The position numbers were made by a program, and so were the translations under genes. The notes under the pieces were generated by a model. That model saw nothing but the letters and a program-made list of their open reading frames with translations, did no database searches and was not told the origin of the DNA. From NCBI GenBank assembly GCA_016432465.1, contig CP066690.1, forward strand, positions 122,702 through 186,701: a stretch of DNA of 64,000 nt, given 5' to 3'. This stretch comes from Candidatus Sungiibacteriota bacterium (lineage in GTDB: Bacteria; Patescibacteriota; Minisyncoccia; Sungbacterales; HO2-52-23). This document shows positions 35,991 to 45,200 of this stretch, in pieces. Numbering within the stretch: position 1 is the first letter of the stretch; each line of letters begins with the position of its first letter.

Positions 35991-37784
35991 TTATAATTTA
36001 ACCTCCTGCAGGTGATGCATTTTATGAAAATATGACGCGGGGTTTGCTAAAAGCTCCTCCGGCGTTCCCTCCTCTACGATCTTGCCCTGATCCAATACCA
36101 AAAGCCGATCCACGTGCTTTACGGTGGAAAGACGGTGGGCAATAATTATGACCGTAACTTCTCCTTTAAGCTTTTCTATGGCCCGCTGAATAGCGCTTTC
36201 CGACTCGCTGTCCAAGGCGCTGGTGGCTTCATCCAGAATTAAAACTGCGGGACGGCGCGCCAAAATACGCGCGAGAGCCACACGCTGCCTCTGCCCTCCG
36301 GAAAGCATAGTGCCGCGCTCTCCTACCAAAGTTTCAAAATCATGAGGCAAACTTTTTATAAAATCATAAATTTGGGCGCGCTCGGCGGCTTCTGCTACAT
36401 CTTTATCTTGTAGAATACGATCATAAAAAATAATATTTTCTTTAATGGTATCATTTAAAAGGAACGGGTCCTGCGCCACGTACCCGATATTTTTACGCCA
36501 GCTTATTAAATCAAATTCTTTACTCAAAATACCATCTACAACTACAACGCCACTGCTGGGATCATAAAGCCGCATCAAGATATCGGCCAGAGAAGTTTTG
36601 CCCGCACCAGACGGCCCCATTAAACCCACAACTTCCCCTTTTTTTATACGTAAATTAATGTCCGCCAGCACCGGGGCTCTTGACGACGGATAGGAAAAAA
36701 ATACGCTCTGCAGTAATAGTTCCCGCTCCATTACAAACGGTTTTCCTTTTATCACCTCTTCACGCTCTTGGGCCAAAGCCTCTTTGAAACGTACCACATG
36801 CGTTGCATGCGGAATCGTGTCATTGATGAGATGGAGTGCGGTCTGGCCGTTATTTAAATAAAGAAAGATCCTTTGGATAAGAAAAAGGGTGGCAGCAAAT
36901 ACTTGAATGTTAAATCCCGGCGCTTTATACGCCACAGCAAAGGCGTAAGCCACAAATACAATACTGATGGGTTCAAACGCCACACCCGTGAAGGTGGCGA
37001 GGATCGCACGCTTTAATTCCAGAATCCTTCTTTGAGCAAAATAAGCAAAGCCGCGGACACGTACGGCTTCTTCACTGGCTGTACTTTTGACGGTTTTCAT
37101 CCCTAGGGTATGTTCCGTCACAAACTGCGAAATATCTTTGTTCAAACTGGCACCGGCTTGGCCCAACTTTCTGGTTTTTCGCACCAAGGGACGAAATAAA
37201 AAAAGGAGAAAGGCACCGGCAACAACTATCATCAAGGTAAGCCGCGGCTCTGCCGCAAAAGCAAAAGCAGACAAAATAACTATGCTTAGAAAAGAGAGAA
37301 GGACCAGAGCCAACGATTCCAGAAGTTTCCCCGCCGAATCAACGTCCCGAAAAATTACATCATTCACATAGCCAACTTTTTGGGTACCGAAAAAAGACCA
37401 ACGGGAACGAAGCATATAAGAAATAATTTCTGTGGTGGTGCGCTCTTTGAAATCGGCGCGGATATAGGCGCTTAAATACCCAAAAATCATAAGAATCACT
37501 GCCCGGGCCATAAAAAGAACAACAATGCCCAGCAGCAGGTATTTCAGGGTAAAGGGGATGGAAAAAAATTTAAAAATCAGGGCAATATAGCGCGCAATTC
37601 CTCCGGCCGAAGATTCACCCGCATCTCCTATCACAAAGGATAGAAACGGTATAACCGCGCCAATCCCGATACCGGCAATTAAGCTGGATAAAAAACCAAG
37701 CACTCCGAGGAGTGCGATATACCATTTGTAGCCGCCAAAGGCCTTACGCAGTAATGCAAAAGTTGGGATGGGTTTTGCTTCCAT
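35991..37784 (-). CDS. ABC transporter, fused permease/ATPase (MsbA-like exporter; candidate glycan/lipid flippase)
   Basis: Walker A GPSGAGKT, signature LSGGQRQRVALAR, Walker B ILDEATSALD; N-terminal half has multiple TM helices. Confidence 0.8.
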   Translation of the reverse strand: MEAKPIPTFALLRKAFGGYKWYIALLGVLGFLSSLIAGIGIGAVIPFLSFVIGDAGESSAGGIARYIALIFKFFSIPFTLKYLLLGIVVLFMARAVILMIFGYLSAYIRADFKERTTTEIISYMLRSRWSFFGTQKVGYVNDVIFRDVDSAGKLLESLALVLLSFLSIVILSAFAFAAEPRLTLMIVVAGAFLLFLFRPLVRKTRKLGQAGASLNKDISQFVTEHTLGMKTVKSTASEEAVRVRGFAYFAQRRILELKRAILATFTGVAFEPISIVFVAYAFAVAYKAPGFNIQVFAATLFLIQRIFLYLNNGQTALHLINDTIPHATHVVRFKEALAQEREEVIKGKPFVMERELLLQSVFFSYPSSRAPVLADINLRIKKGEVVGLMGPSGAGKTSLADILMRLYDPSSGVVVVDGILSKEFDLISWRKNIGYVAQDPFLLNDTIKENIIFYDRILQDKDVAEAAERAQIYDFIKSLPHDFETLVGERGTMLSGGQRQRVALARILARRPAVLILDEATSALDSESESAIQRAIEKLKGEVTVIIIAHRLSTVKHVDRLLVLDQGKIVEEGTPEELLANPASYFHKMHHLQEVKL

Positions 37785-37787
37785 GTG

Positions 37788-38369
37788 CTAGCGAAGAAGA
37801 AGCGAAGTTACGTCAACTCCTTTGGCATCCAGTATAAAATTGGCCAGATCACGTATAGCTCCATGCCCACCGCGACGAGGAGTTACGAAATGAACAACTT
37901 TTTTAACAACATCTTCCGCCTGCGCAGGCGCAGCGGCAAGGCCCACATGACGCAGGAGATCGTAATCAGTAAGGTCGTCACCGAGGGCAGCGCAATCACC
38001 CAAATTCAGCCGGTGACTTGCAAGCCACGATTCCACAACCGCTACTTTTTGCAAACGCTCCACCCCGCTGAAAATTTTAATGGGTAGCCATTTGCCGGAC
38101 GCTACCGAAGGAAGGCCATTCCACTTTTCCACCAACCGCTCTAAAAAAGCCGCATGCTGTCCATGCTCTCCAGTGACGCAGACAATAGGAATACCCGCGG
38201 CGCGCAGCAGCGAAACCCCTTGCCCATCAGCATGACAACGTGTCTTGGCCAACGGTCCTTCTTTTCCTTCAATCACATGCCCTGTAAAAATAACTCCGTC
38301 GCTGTCCAAAGCCACGGCCTTTATGTTACGGGCGCGGGCTAAAATGTCCTCTGGATATTTATAATTCAT
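37788..38369 (-). CDS. KdsC-family HAD phosphatase (3-deoxy-ulosonate phosphate phosphatase-like)
   Basis: IKAVALDSDGVIFTG ... GDDLTDYD; KdsC/YrbI length and pattern. Confidence 0.65.
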   Translation of the reverse strand: MNYKYPEDILARARNIKAVALDSDGVIFTGHVIEGKEGPLAKTRCHADGQGVSLLRAAGIPIVCVTGEHGQHAAFLERLVEKWNGLPSVASGKWLPIKIFSGVERLQKVAVVESWLASHRLNLGDCAALGDDLTDYDLLRHVGLAAAPAQAEDVVKKVVHFVTPRRGGHGAIRDLANFILDAKGVDVTSLLLR

Positions 38370-38439
38370 ATTAACTACTATAACGCTTACGGAACATAAA
38401 TGGTAAATCCCGCATGAAGCTCATGCGGGATAAATTAAG

Positions 38440-39621
38440 TTAACTTTGTCTTGCATACTTCTGGATCGTAGCCGCCATTTTGCTTACTGCAATTCCGGGT
38501 TCACGGTACGGATACTCACGCTCCTGCAGTCTCTTCTGACCCACATACCCATCATAAAAAAGAAGACCGGCAATCACCTGCCAAAGATGGGTGGGGTCGC
38601 CGTATACACCAATGGAAGCGCCCAGAACCGCAGGCTGCCACTCTTCCTGCCCATATGATTCAGGATTTCTGCCACGAGAATAACAAGAAAGGTAAGAGAC
38701 AGCCGGTTTACGCCGATGGGCAGCTTCAACCTCTGAAGTTGAAGCAGGGCCAATTACCAAATCGCTCCCTACAATCAACCTGGAGGTGCTCATCCCGCCA
38801 ATACCACTTTTGCGATCACCGGGAATCACTCGAAAAGGAACACCGCAATATCTCGTCACCGCAGCTTCTTCGTAGTAAATCTTAGGTTCTGGATATTTTA
38901 TCAATGAATCGGTCAAATCGTTTTGGGGATTAAGGGTGACATCGCTGGGGTGAAGTGAAAGTAAAACCTGAAATTTTCTATACATTTTATGTGGCACGTG
39001 TAAGGCCTCCATTACCCCAATAACCATGGGCATATTAGTATAGGGCGACTTGCTGCCGCTTAAAACAATCAGCTTCTCGTCAAGTCCAACACCAAGCTCC
39101 GCTCTTACTTCCTCGTACGAGGACAAAGGCAGAAACCATTCTTCCCAGATGGGATTACCGCTGGCAACCACTTCTGCCTTGGGAAAAAGTTTTTGGGCCG
39201 AAGCCGCTTCAGAATCGCTAATCTGGAAAAGAAAACTTGCGCTGTTACGAAACTCCTCAAACCAAGGACGATAGTGACAGCCATAAATATCGCAATAAAA
39301 ACCAAAAGGAATACCTTGATCCAAAGCGGCTTTAGCAGCAACAATTTCCACAACCGCATTATCTGCGGGATTGGACATGCCGAGAACCACAACCGCAGCT
39401 TGCTTAACCGCACTAATTATTTCTTCGATACTTGCCTTAGACGGCTTTCCGTAACCAAGAAAGGCAGTAACTGGCCAAGTGGGATTAAGATGCCGGGGAG
39501 CATTAGGATCAGCGGCTGACCATGCGGACTGTTCTTCCAAATTCTTCTTAACCCGATCCAGCGCCTGCGAAGGAGCAGTATCATGAGCTACCAAAACAAC
39601 CGGCCTTACATCCTTAACCAT
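38440..39621 (-). CDS. Hypothetical protein (possible GT-B-fold enzyme)
   Basis: 393-aa ORF; no confident family assignment. Confidence 0.3.
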   Translation of the reverse strand: MVKDVRPVVLVAHDTAPSQALDRVKKNLEEQSAWSAADPNAPRHLNPTWPVTAFLGYGKPSKASIEEIISAVKQAAVVVLGMSNPADNAVVEIVAAKAALDQGIPFGFYCDIYGCHYRPWFEEFRNSASFLFQISDSEAASAQKLFPKAEVVASGNPIWEEWFLPLSSYEEVRAELGVGLDEKLIVLSGSKSPYTNMPMVIGVMEALHVPHKMYRKFQVLLSLHPSDVTLNPQNDLTDSLIKYPEPKIYYEEAAVTRYCGVPFRVIPGDRKSGIGGMSTSRLIVGSDLVIGPASTSEVEAAHRRKPAVSYLSCYSRGRNPESYGQEEWQPAVLGASIGVYGDPTHLWQVIAGLLFYDGYVGQKRLQEREYPYREPGIAVSKMAATIQKYARQS

Positions 39622-39780
39622 CCTGCTACCTCCTCAAATGAAAAGAGCTGGACCCCTCCAGCCCAAAATATATATTAAGAAATTGTTAAGAAAAGTCAAG
39701 CCGGTCTTAACCATTCGCAACATCCATGAGTCGTATCACGAAAGAATTACCGAACTTTTGTTACCAATGTCTTGAAGGAT

Positions 39781-39806
39781 TAAAAAAACCCTGACCAGGG
39801 GTCAGA
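39781..39806 (-). terminator. Rho-independent terminator candidate
   Basis: Hairpin CTGACCaggGGTCAG followed on the minus strand by GGTTTTTTT. Confidence 0.55.
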
Positions 39807-39822
39807 GCTTATCGAGTTTTTG

Positions 39823-40482
39823 TTACAGATGCGGCCGTCGTATTCTAGAACGAGGTGCCCTCGTCGTAGTCCGTGAAGACTTGCTTGGGACCTGTGCTGC
39901 CTGCCTAAACGAACGGTACGGTTCTTCTGCACTCCAGTGAGTTAGATTCAAGTCTCTCCAGCACAAACCACAAATATCGAAGTTACATTCGTGTCGACAG
40001 CAAATTCCAATTATGTGGTCACCCACAAGGTTTTCTAACCGTTGCCACTCTCTTTTGGCGGTCCTTATCTTCATATCATAAGGCTGAAGCCTTCTAGCTA
40101 ACTCTGTCCCGGAAAGTCCTTCAACGATTGCTTGTACCTGTGCTTTATGCTGTTCAATCGCCGCTGCGCCAACAATTTCTGCCTTTTTCCTGAAAACTTC
40201 CCGTATTCTTTGTAGCAGAGGGGCATTTATTCCTAGCCCTGTATCCCTTTCGGGATCACCCCAAAGAGTGGGATAGAAGCCAAATTCTTTTTCAAATATG
40301 CGGCGCTCCCTATTCAAATATATATATTTGATAAGCCAATAGGAACCGGCAAGAGCCAAAGGTATAGAGACGAACACCACACCTTTGATGAAAAAGATGA
40401 GGGTGAGTGCGACCAAAACACTAACTACTCCTGTATCCAACAGAGAAAGAATATACCACTTGCCGCAGTTGAACTTACCCAT
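39823..40482 (-). CDS. Membrane protein with C-terminal Cys-rich motif (hypothetical)
   Basis: Start placed at MGKFNCGKWY, which is preceded by a GGAGAAGGGGA RBS. Two TM helices, then CCRHECNFDICGLC. Hairpins at 40521-40590 sit upstream in the 5' region. Confidence 0.4.
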   Translation of the reverse strand: MGKFNCGKWYILSLLDTGVVSVLVALTLIFFIKGVVFVSIPLALAGSYWLIKYIYLNRERRIFEKEFGFYPTLWGDPERDTGLGINAPLLQRIREVFRKKAEIVGAAAIEQHKAQVQAIVEGLSGTELARRLQPYDMKIRTAKREWQRLENLVGDHIIGICCRHECNFDICGLCWRDLNLTHWSAEEPYRSFRQAAQVPSKSSRTTTRAPRSRIRRPHL

Positions 40483-40637
40483 TCCGTCCCCTTCTCCGAT
40501 GTTCCTCATCGGATGTCCACGGTTCGTCCGTGGCCCGGCGTTCCCCGCCAGGAGTAAAAGTTTCTTGTCAAACCCTTACTCCTGGCAACGATCTATGCCT
40601 AAGACCATTAAAATCCTAACATGTAATAAGTTTTACG

Positions 40638-42038
40638 TCAAGCTCGCTCCAGAGAAAGTAAAACTTGTGCCAACAGTTCTGTGGCTCTTCCGTCCTGCGG
40701 CCCCAAAAAGCGGGAACGCAGACATTCCCGCCCCTTCTCGTCCAGAGACGGGTTTTTAAGATACTTGCTAATTGTTCTTTCAAACTCTTTAGGGGAAGAT
40801 ACCGCCCGTACTCCTCCCGTTGTGATAAGATCTGTCCAATAAAAAGCCGTACCGTCATAAAAACGGGCAAAAGATTTCCAATACGGAACATCGGGCGCAG
40901 CATCAAAAGCAGTAACCACCATGGGTTTTTTAAAAACTGCGGCCTCAAGCAGAATGGCGCCTCCGGGTGTTATCAGCATCTCGCTGTAGCGCATGGCGTT
41001 TATAAAACTGTTTATGTTTCCCCGGTCTATGGTCGGGTCAGGATATTTGAGATTGGTGGTATTTACAAAATCAACCACCACCGAATCAAAACGACGCGAC
41101 CTTAACTCTTTTAGGGCTTCAGCCGCGCCGGCATAATAGGGTTGGGGCCTGAAGATCATAACCAAATCTTTGGGCAGGCGTCCGTTTTGGACCAATTTTC
41201 CAAAAAGCTCTACAAAAGCAAGATCGCGCCCCAGATCCCCAATGCCGCTATCGGCATAAAGGATACAGCGTTTTCGCGGGTCAATTCCGAGTGCCCTGCA
41301 AAACTCCTCGCGCGACGGCAGGGACTGATCTGTCTTAAACCAGTCAAAATAAGGAAATCCGGTGACATGAATTCTGTTTTTCGGAAAAAAGTTAAATCGT
41401 ACTGCCATGTCTTTTAAAAATTCATTCTGTAAAATCAGATGGTCGGGGTGAAAAAGCAAAAAAGAAGTCGGACCAAGGTTGGTCCACATACGTACCGAAG
41501 CGGCTGTTGTTGCGCCGTAACTTCGGGCCGCAAGAAGTATAGGAACATCAAAAGTCCATTCAGTAAGCGACGTTGCAAATACCAGATCTGGTTTTATCTC
41601 CTGAAAAAGAGGGGACAGAGATGAAGATACTGAAATCTTGGCAACCACCCGCCTGACAAGTCGCTGGGTGAGGCGTGAAGGAATAAATCCCACCAGGCGC
41701 CACAACAAAAGACGCGGTATAAGAAGAAACCAAGACTTGCCACGACGCACGCTGCGGTAAATCTGATGACGCACTGCTGCAAAATTAACCAAAACATTCT
41801 CGGAGACCAAAACGCAAATCCTAAATAAAAAAGAAGGGCGTCCTGTCCCCACCCGCACCCCCATAACTCTTACCCGTTCCCCTTCAAATTCTTCCTGATA
41901 TTGTTTTTCAAATCCTTTCTCAACCAGAAGCACCACCTTTACATTTCCGCTTGAGACAAGTTTTTCCAGAAGCCCGCTTCTTAAAAAATAACGCTGAATA
42001 AGCTTAGTGTTTTTTACGCAAATACAAATAGTCTTCAT
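40638..42038 (-). CDS. GT-B-like TagF/KpsC-family transferase, paralog 2
   Basis: Paralogous to 34630..35982, with a shared N-terminal layout and a C-terminal block ITPGGAILLEAAVFKKPMV. Confidence 0.35.
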   Translation of the reverse strand: MKTICICVKNTKLIQRYFLRSGLLEKLVSSGNVKVVLLVEKGFEKQYQEEFEGERVRVMGVRVGTGRPSFLFRICVLVSENVLVNFAAVRHQIYRSVRRGKSWFLLIPRLLLWRLVGFIPSRLTQRLVRRVVAKISVSSSLSPLFQEIKPDLVFATSLTEWTFDVPILLAARSYGATTAASVRMWTNLGPTSFLLFHPDHLILQNEFLKDMAVRFNFFPKNRIHVTGFPYFDWFKTDQSLPSREEFCRALGIDPRKRCILYADSGIGDLGRDLAFVELFGKLVQNGRLPKDLVMIFRPQPYYAGAAEALKELRSRRFDSVVVDFVNTTNLKYPDPTIDRGNINSFINAMRYSEMLITPGGAILLEAAVFKKPMVVTAFDAAPDVPYWKSFARFYDGTAFYWTDLITTGGVRAVSSPKEFERTISKYLKNPSLDEKGRECLRSRFLGPQDGRATELLAQVLLSLERA

Positions 42039-43408
42039 GAATACAGCTTCTTAAGCAAAATACGCGCGATTCTTTCCCCCACCCTTCCGTCATACGGCTC
42101 AAGAAATTGTTCTCGGACGCGTTCCCTCCCCTCAAAGTCCAGATGCGGATTTTTAAGATAAGATCTGATGGCATTTGCAAATTCCTCCGCAGTATCAGCC
42201 CGACGAAAACCGCCGGTTTCAAGCAACGCTTGCCAATGCGACCAATGGTCCAAAAACCGTCCTGCCGAAAACCAGTAGGGCGCGGGTCCGGCCTCAAAGC
42301 CCACTGATATGGCGGGTTTATCCAAAACAATACCGTCAATACCCAAAGTGGAGGCAACGGTCACCACCATTTCGCTGTGGAAAATAGAATTCATAAGATG
42401 CGCCGTCTCTTTCTCCCGCATCTCCCAAACATCAGCCGCTGACTTGGTAAAAGAACTGATATCAGGCACCACATAACGCAGTCCCTCTATTCTTTCCATA
42501 GAACCGGTGGATCCGGGATAAGGACGAAAGAGCATAATAAGATCTTGCGGAAGCTTTCCCGACTCTACCAGATTATTAAAAATACGGGCAATTTCTCCAT
42601 CGCGCGGAAACCAGAAATATTCCATAGCGCCAAAAAATATAACGCGTTTTTTGGGATCAATGCCCAGACGCGCCAAAAAATCCTGACGGCTATCAATTAA
42701 GTCCTTCCTTAAAAACCAGTCGTTTCTGGGGAATCCAACGCGGATTGTGCGTTGGTCAGGGATAAATTGATATTTTTGCGCGGTCTTGCCGGCAAAACGG
42801 CTGTGCACCAATAAAATATCCGGCACCACCCTCATCACACCGCTATTGGTAAAGTTATCCCAGCCGCGCGTAATACCAATGGTCTGAACCATCCGGCGTC
42901 TGGCTTCGCGCAAAATAGGAACATCCATCTGGGCAAACATGGCTACCGTGGAAAAAACTAAACTGGGATGGTAACGCTCAAAAAGCTGTCCGACACTCGG
43001 ATGCGGCGGCAAAAAGGTTTCGGCCGTGCGCAAAAACTTTTGGAAAATACGCGAGCGTCCGAGAAAAAACCAAAGACCGCGTTTTAGAAAAAAAGCAATA
43101 TGCCGCATCAATCCCTGCGTCGTTAAGTATTTACGCATCTGATTCAAGGTAACGGTACTGGTACGCAGAGCATTGAGGGCCAAAAATAGCATCAGCCGCT
43201 CAAGAGTAGAAAAAGGAATGGATGGAAGCGCCTCTACCAAGATATTGTCTCCGCTAAATTCTTTTCTGTATTCTTCGGCTTTAGACGGAGGCACAATAAG
43301 GACAATACGAAAATTACGTCCTGCCAAAAGCTTCCTCCAAAATTCGCCGCGCAGAAGATGATGCGCCACGCTGGCCTCTCCCACGGTAATAAAAATAGTC
43401 TTGGTCAT
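42035..43408 (-). CDS. GT-B-like TagF/KpsC-family transferase, paralog 3
   Basis: Paralogous to the two above (TVASTLGIDGIVLDKPAI). Confidence 0.35.
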   Translation of the reverse strand: MTKTIFITVGEASVAHHLLRGEFWRKLLAGRNFRIVLIVPPSKAEEYRKEFSGDNILVEALPSIPFSTLERLMLFLALNALRTSTVTLNQMRKYLTTQGLMRHIAFFLKRGLWFFLGRSRIFQKFLRTAETFLPPHPSVGQLFERYHPSLVFSTVAMFAQMDVPILREARRRMVQTIGITRGWDNFTNSGVMRVVPDILLVHSRFAGKTAQKYQFIPDQRTIRVGFPRNDWFLRKDLIDSRQDFLARLGIDPKKRVIFFGAMEYFWFPRDGEIARIFNNLVESGKLPQDLIMLFRPYPGSTGSMERIEGLRYVVPDISSFTKSAADVWEMREKETAHLMNSIFHSEMVVTVASTLGIDGIVLDKPAISVGFEAGPAPYWFSAGRFLDHWSHWQALLETGGFRRADTAEEFANAIRSYLKNPHLDFEGRERVREQFLEPYDGRVGERIARILLKKLYS

Positions 43409-45159
43409 TTTTTCTTCAAAAGATAGGGGCCCAAGACAAGATAGCGAAGCCCGGAATTATCAAAAACGTGCAGTGCGTCCTCCGGCGTATAAACTATGGG
43501 GTGGCCGTGAAGGTTAAAAGACGTATTGAGGATAATCCCTTCTCCGGTCAATCGCTCAAATTCAGAAATTATCCGAAAATAAGACGGGTTAGAATCTGAC
43601 GACACTTCCTGGGGTCGGCAAGTGTTATCGTAAGGATGAAGGGCCGCCGCAAGCTTATCCACCTTCCCCTCTTTTACGTCAAAAGTAAGAATCATGAAGG
43701 GCGCAGGAACGCATTTGGGATTTTCAACATAGCGATCAAGCTCAATACAGGACGGAGCAAAAGGCATCCAAAAATCCCGTGATTTTATCATGCGATTAAT
43801 TTCCTTAACGACCCCCCACTCGCGAGGATCCGCAAGAATAGAACGATTACCCAAAGCCCGCGCCCCAAATTCCATTTTTCCGTCAAAACGCGCGACTACA
43901 GCGCGGCCGGCAAGAAGCTCCGCAATTTTTCTCTCCACATTTTCCGGGCGTTCCCACTCTACGGCGTTTCGAAAAGCATAGGAGCGTATGGACTTCTCCA
44001 CCTCTTTATCCGAAAAATCTCCACCAAGATACAAATGCCGCAAGGGCTGCGGCACCTTGCCGGTCAAATTTTGATAAGCAAGATAAAGACCGCCAAAAAC
44101 ATTGGATTCGTCCCCGCAGGACGGGAATACAAAAAGCTTTTTCACCCCTTCAAGCTCCATTATTTTTTTATTGAGCTTGACGTTCATAAATAAACCCCCG
44201 GAAAGAGCAAGATTGCTGATCTTTAGGGTGCCCAGGATGTTATGAACCCACTCCGTCACAAATTCTTCCACAAAAAGCTGAAGACCGGCTGCAATGTGGT
44301 CAAAACGATAAAACTTAAGGTCGCGCGTAAGACGCGGCCCCAGTTTATACGTTGCCTCAATTCCCGGTGACCTGTGATAGGTCAAACCATCGTCGTTTAG
44401 CAGAAAAAATTTTTTAAAATAAGCGCAAAGCTCGCGGGCAGAGCGTGAATCCTGCGCATAGGGCGCCAAACCCATTACTTTATACTCATGCTCCAGCGGC
44501 ACCATGCCAAGATAATAGGTAATCAGGGCATAAAGGCGCGCAATGGAATCTTCCACGGGGATTAGGGCCAGACGCTTCAGCACTCCGCCCTCCAAAACAC
44601 TGACGCTGCCCGACAAATTGTCTCCGGCGCCGTCAGAAGTAATTACCACCAGCTTCTCCCCCAGACCCCATCCGTAAGCGGCTGATGCGGCATGGCACAG
44701 GTGATGATCAAAAAATTTAATTTTTGATCTAGAAACCCCTAGATCCAACAGGGGTTTCATCCGGCGCTCTAAAAACTCCGCCCTTTTCCTTTCCTGCAAA
44801 ATCCCAAAAACCGGAGAAGGAAGAAAGCCGACTAAGCTCTTTTGGGCTGTACGCAAAAAGGAAACAGGAGACAGTTTTCTTTCTTCAAAAAGATTTCTGT
44901 GTTTTTGCATCAGATACTCCACCCCTTGCCCCTTTTTCCACCCTCCGGTATTTAGCGCATCGGTGAATACAAAAATATCAACATCCCGGATATGGAGTTG
45001 GTGCCTTTGCAGGAGCTCCTGCAAAGCAAGCTCCGGAAAACCGGCTGTATTTTTTATCCGCGTAAGTCGCTCCTCTTGTATGGCAAACTTCACTTCGCCT
45101 TCTTCCATATAAGCAAGGGAGGCGTTGTGGCCGTCTTGTATGGCGACAATTTTAATCAT
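43405..45159 (-). CDS. Carbamoyltransferase (NodU/CmcH family)
   Basis: N-terminus IVAIQDGHNASLAY...EERLTR and overall 584-aa layout typical of O-carbamoyltransferases. Confidence 0.7.
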   Translation of the reverse strand: MIKIVAIQDGHNASLAYMEEGEVKFAIQEERLTRIKNTAGFPELALQELLQRHQLHIRDVDIFVFTDALNTGGWKKGQGVEYLMQKHRNLFEERKLSPVSFLRTAQKSLVGFLPSPVFGILQERKRAEFLERRMKPLLDLGVSRSKIKFFDHHLCHAASAAYGWGLGEKLVVITSDGAGDNLSGSVSVLEGGVLKRLALIPVEDSIARLYALITYYLGMVPLEHEYKVMGLAPYAQDSRSARELCAYFKKFFLLNDDGLTYHRSPGIEATYKLGPRLTRDLKFYRFDHIAAGLQLFVEEFVTEWVHNILGTLKISNLALSGGLFMNVKLNKKIMELEGVKKLFVFPSCGDESNVFGGLYLAYQNLTGKVPQPLRHLYLGGDFSDKEVEKSIRSYAFRNAVEWERPENVERKIAELLAGRAVVARFDGKMEFGARALGNRSILADPREWGVVKEINRMIKSRDFWMPFAPSCIELDRYVENPKCVPAPFMILTFDVKEGKVDKLAAALHPYDNTCRPQEVSSDSNPSYFRIISEFERLTGEGIILNTSFNLHGHPIVYTPEDALHVFDNSGLRYLVLGPYLLKKK

Positions 45160-45200
45160 AAATTAAATAAATTAGTATAATTATAATCGTAAGAAATCAT

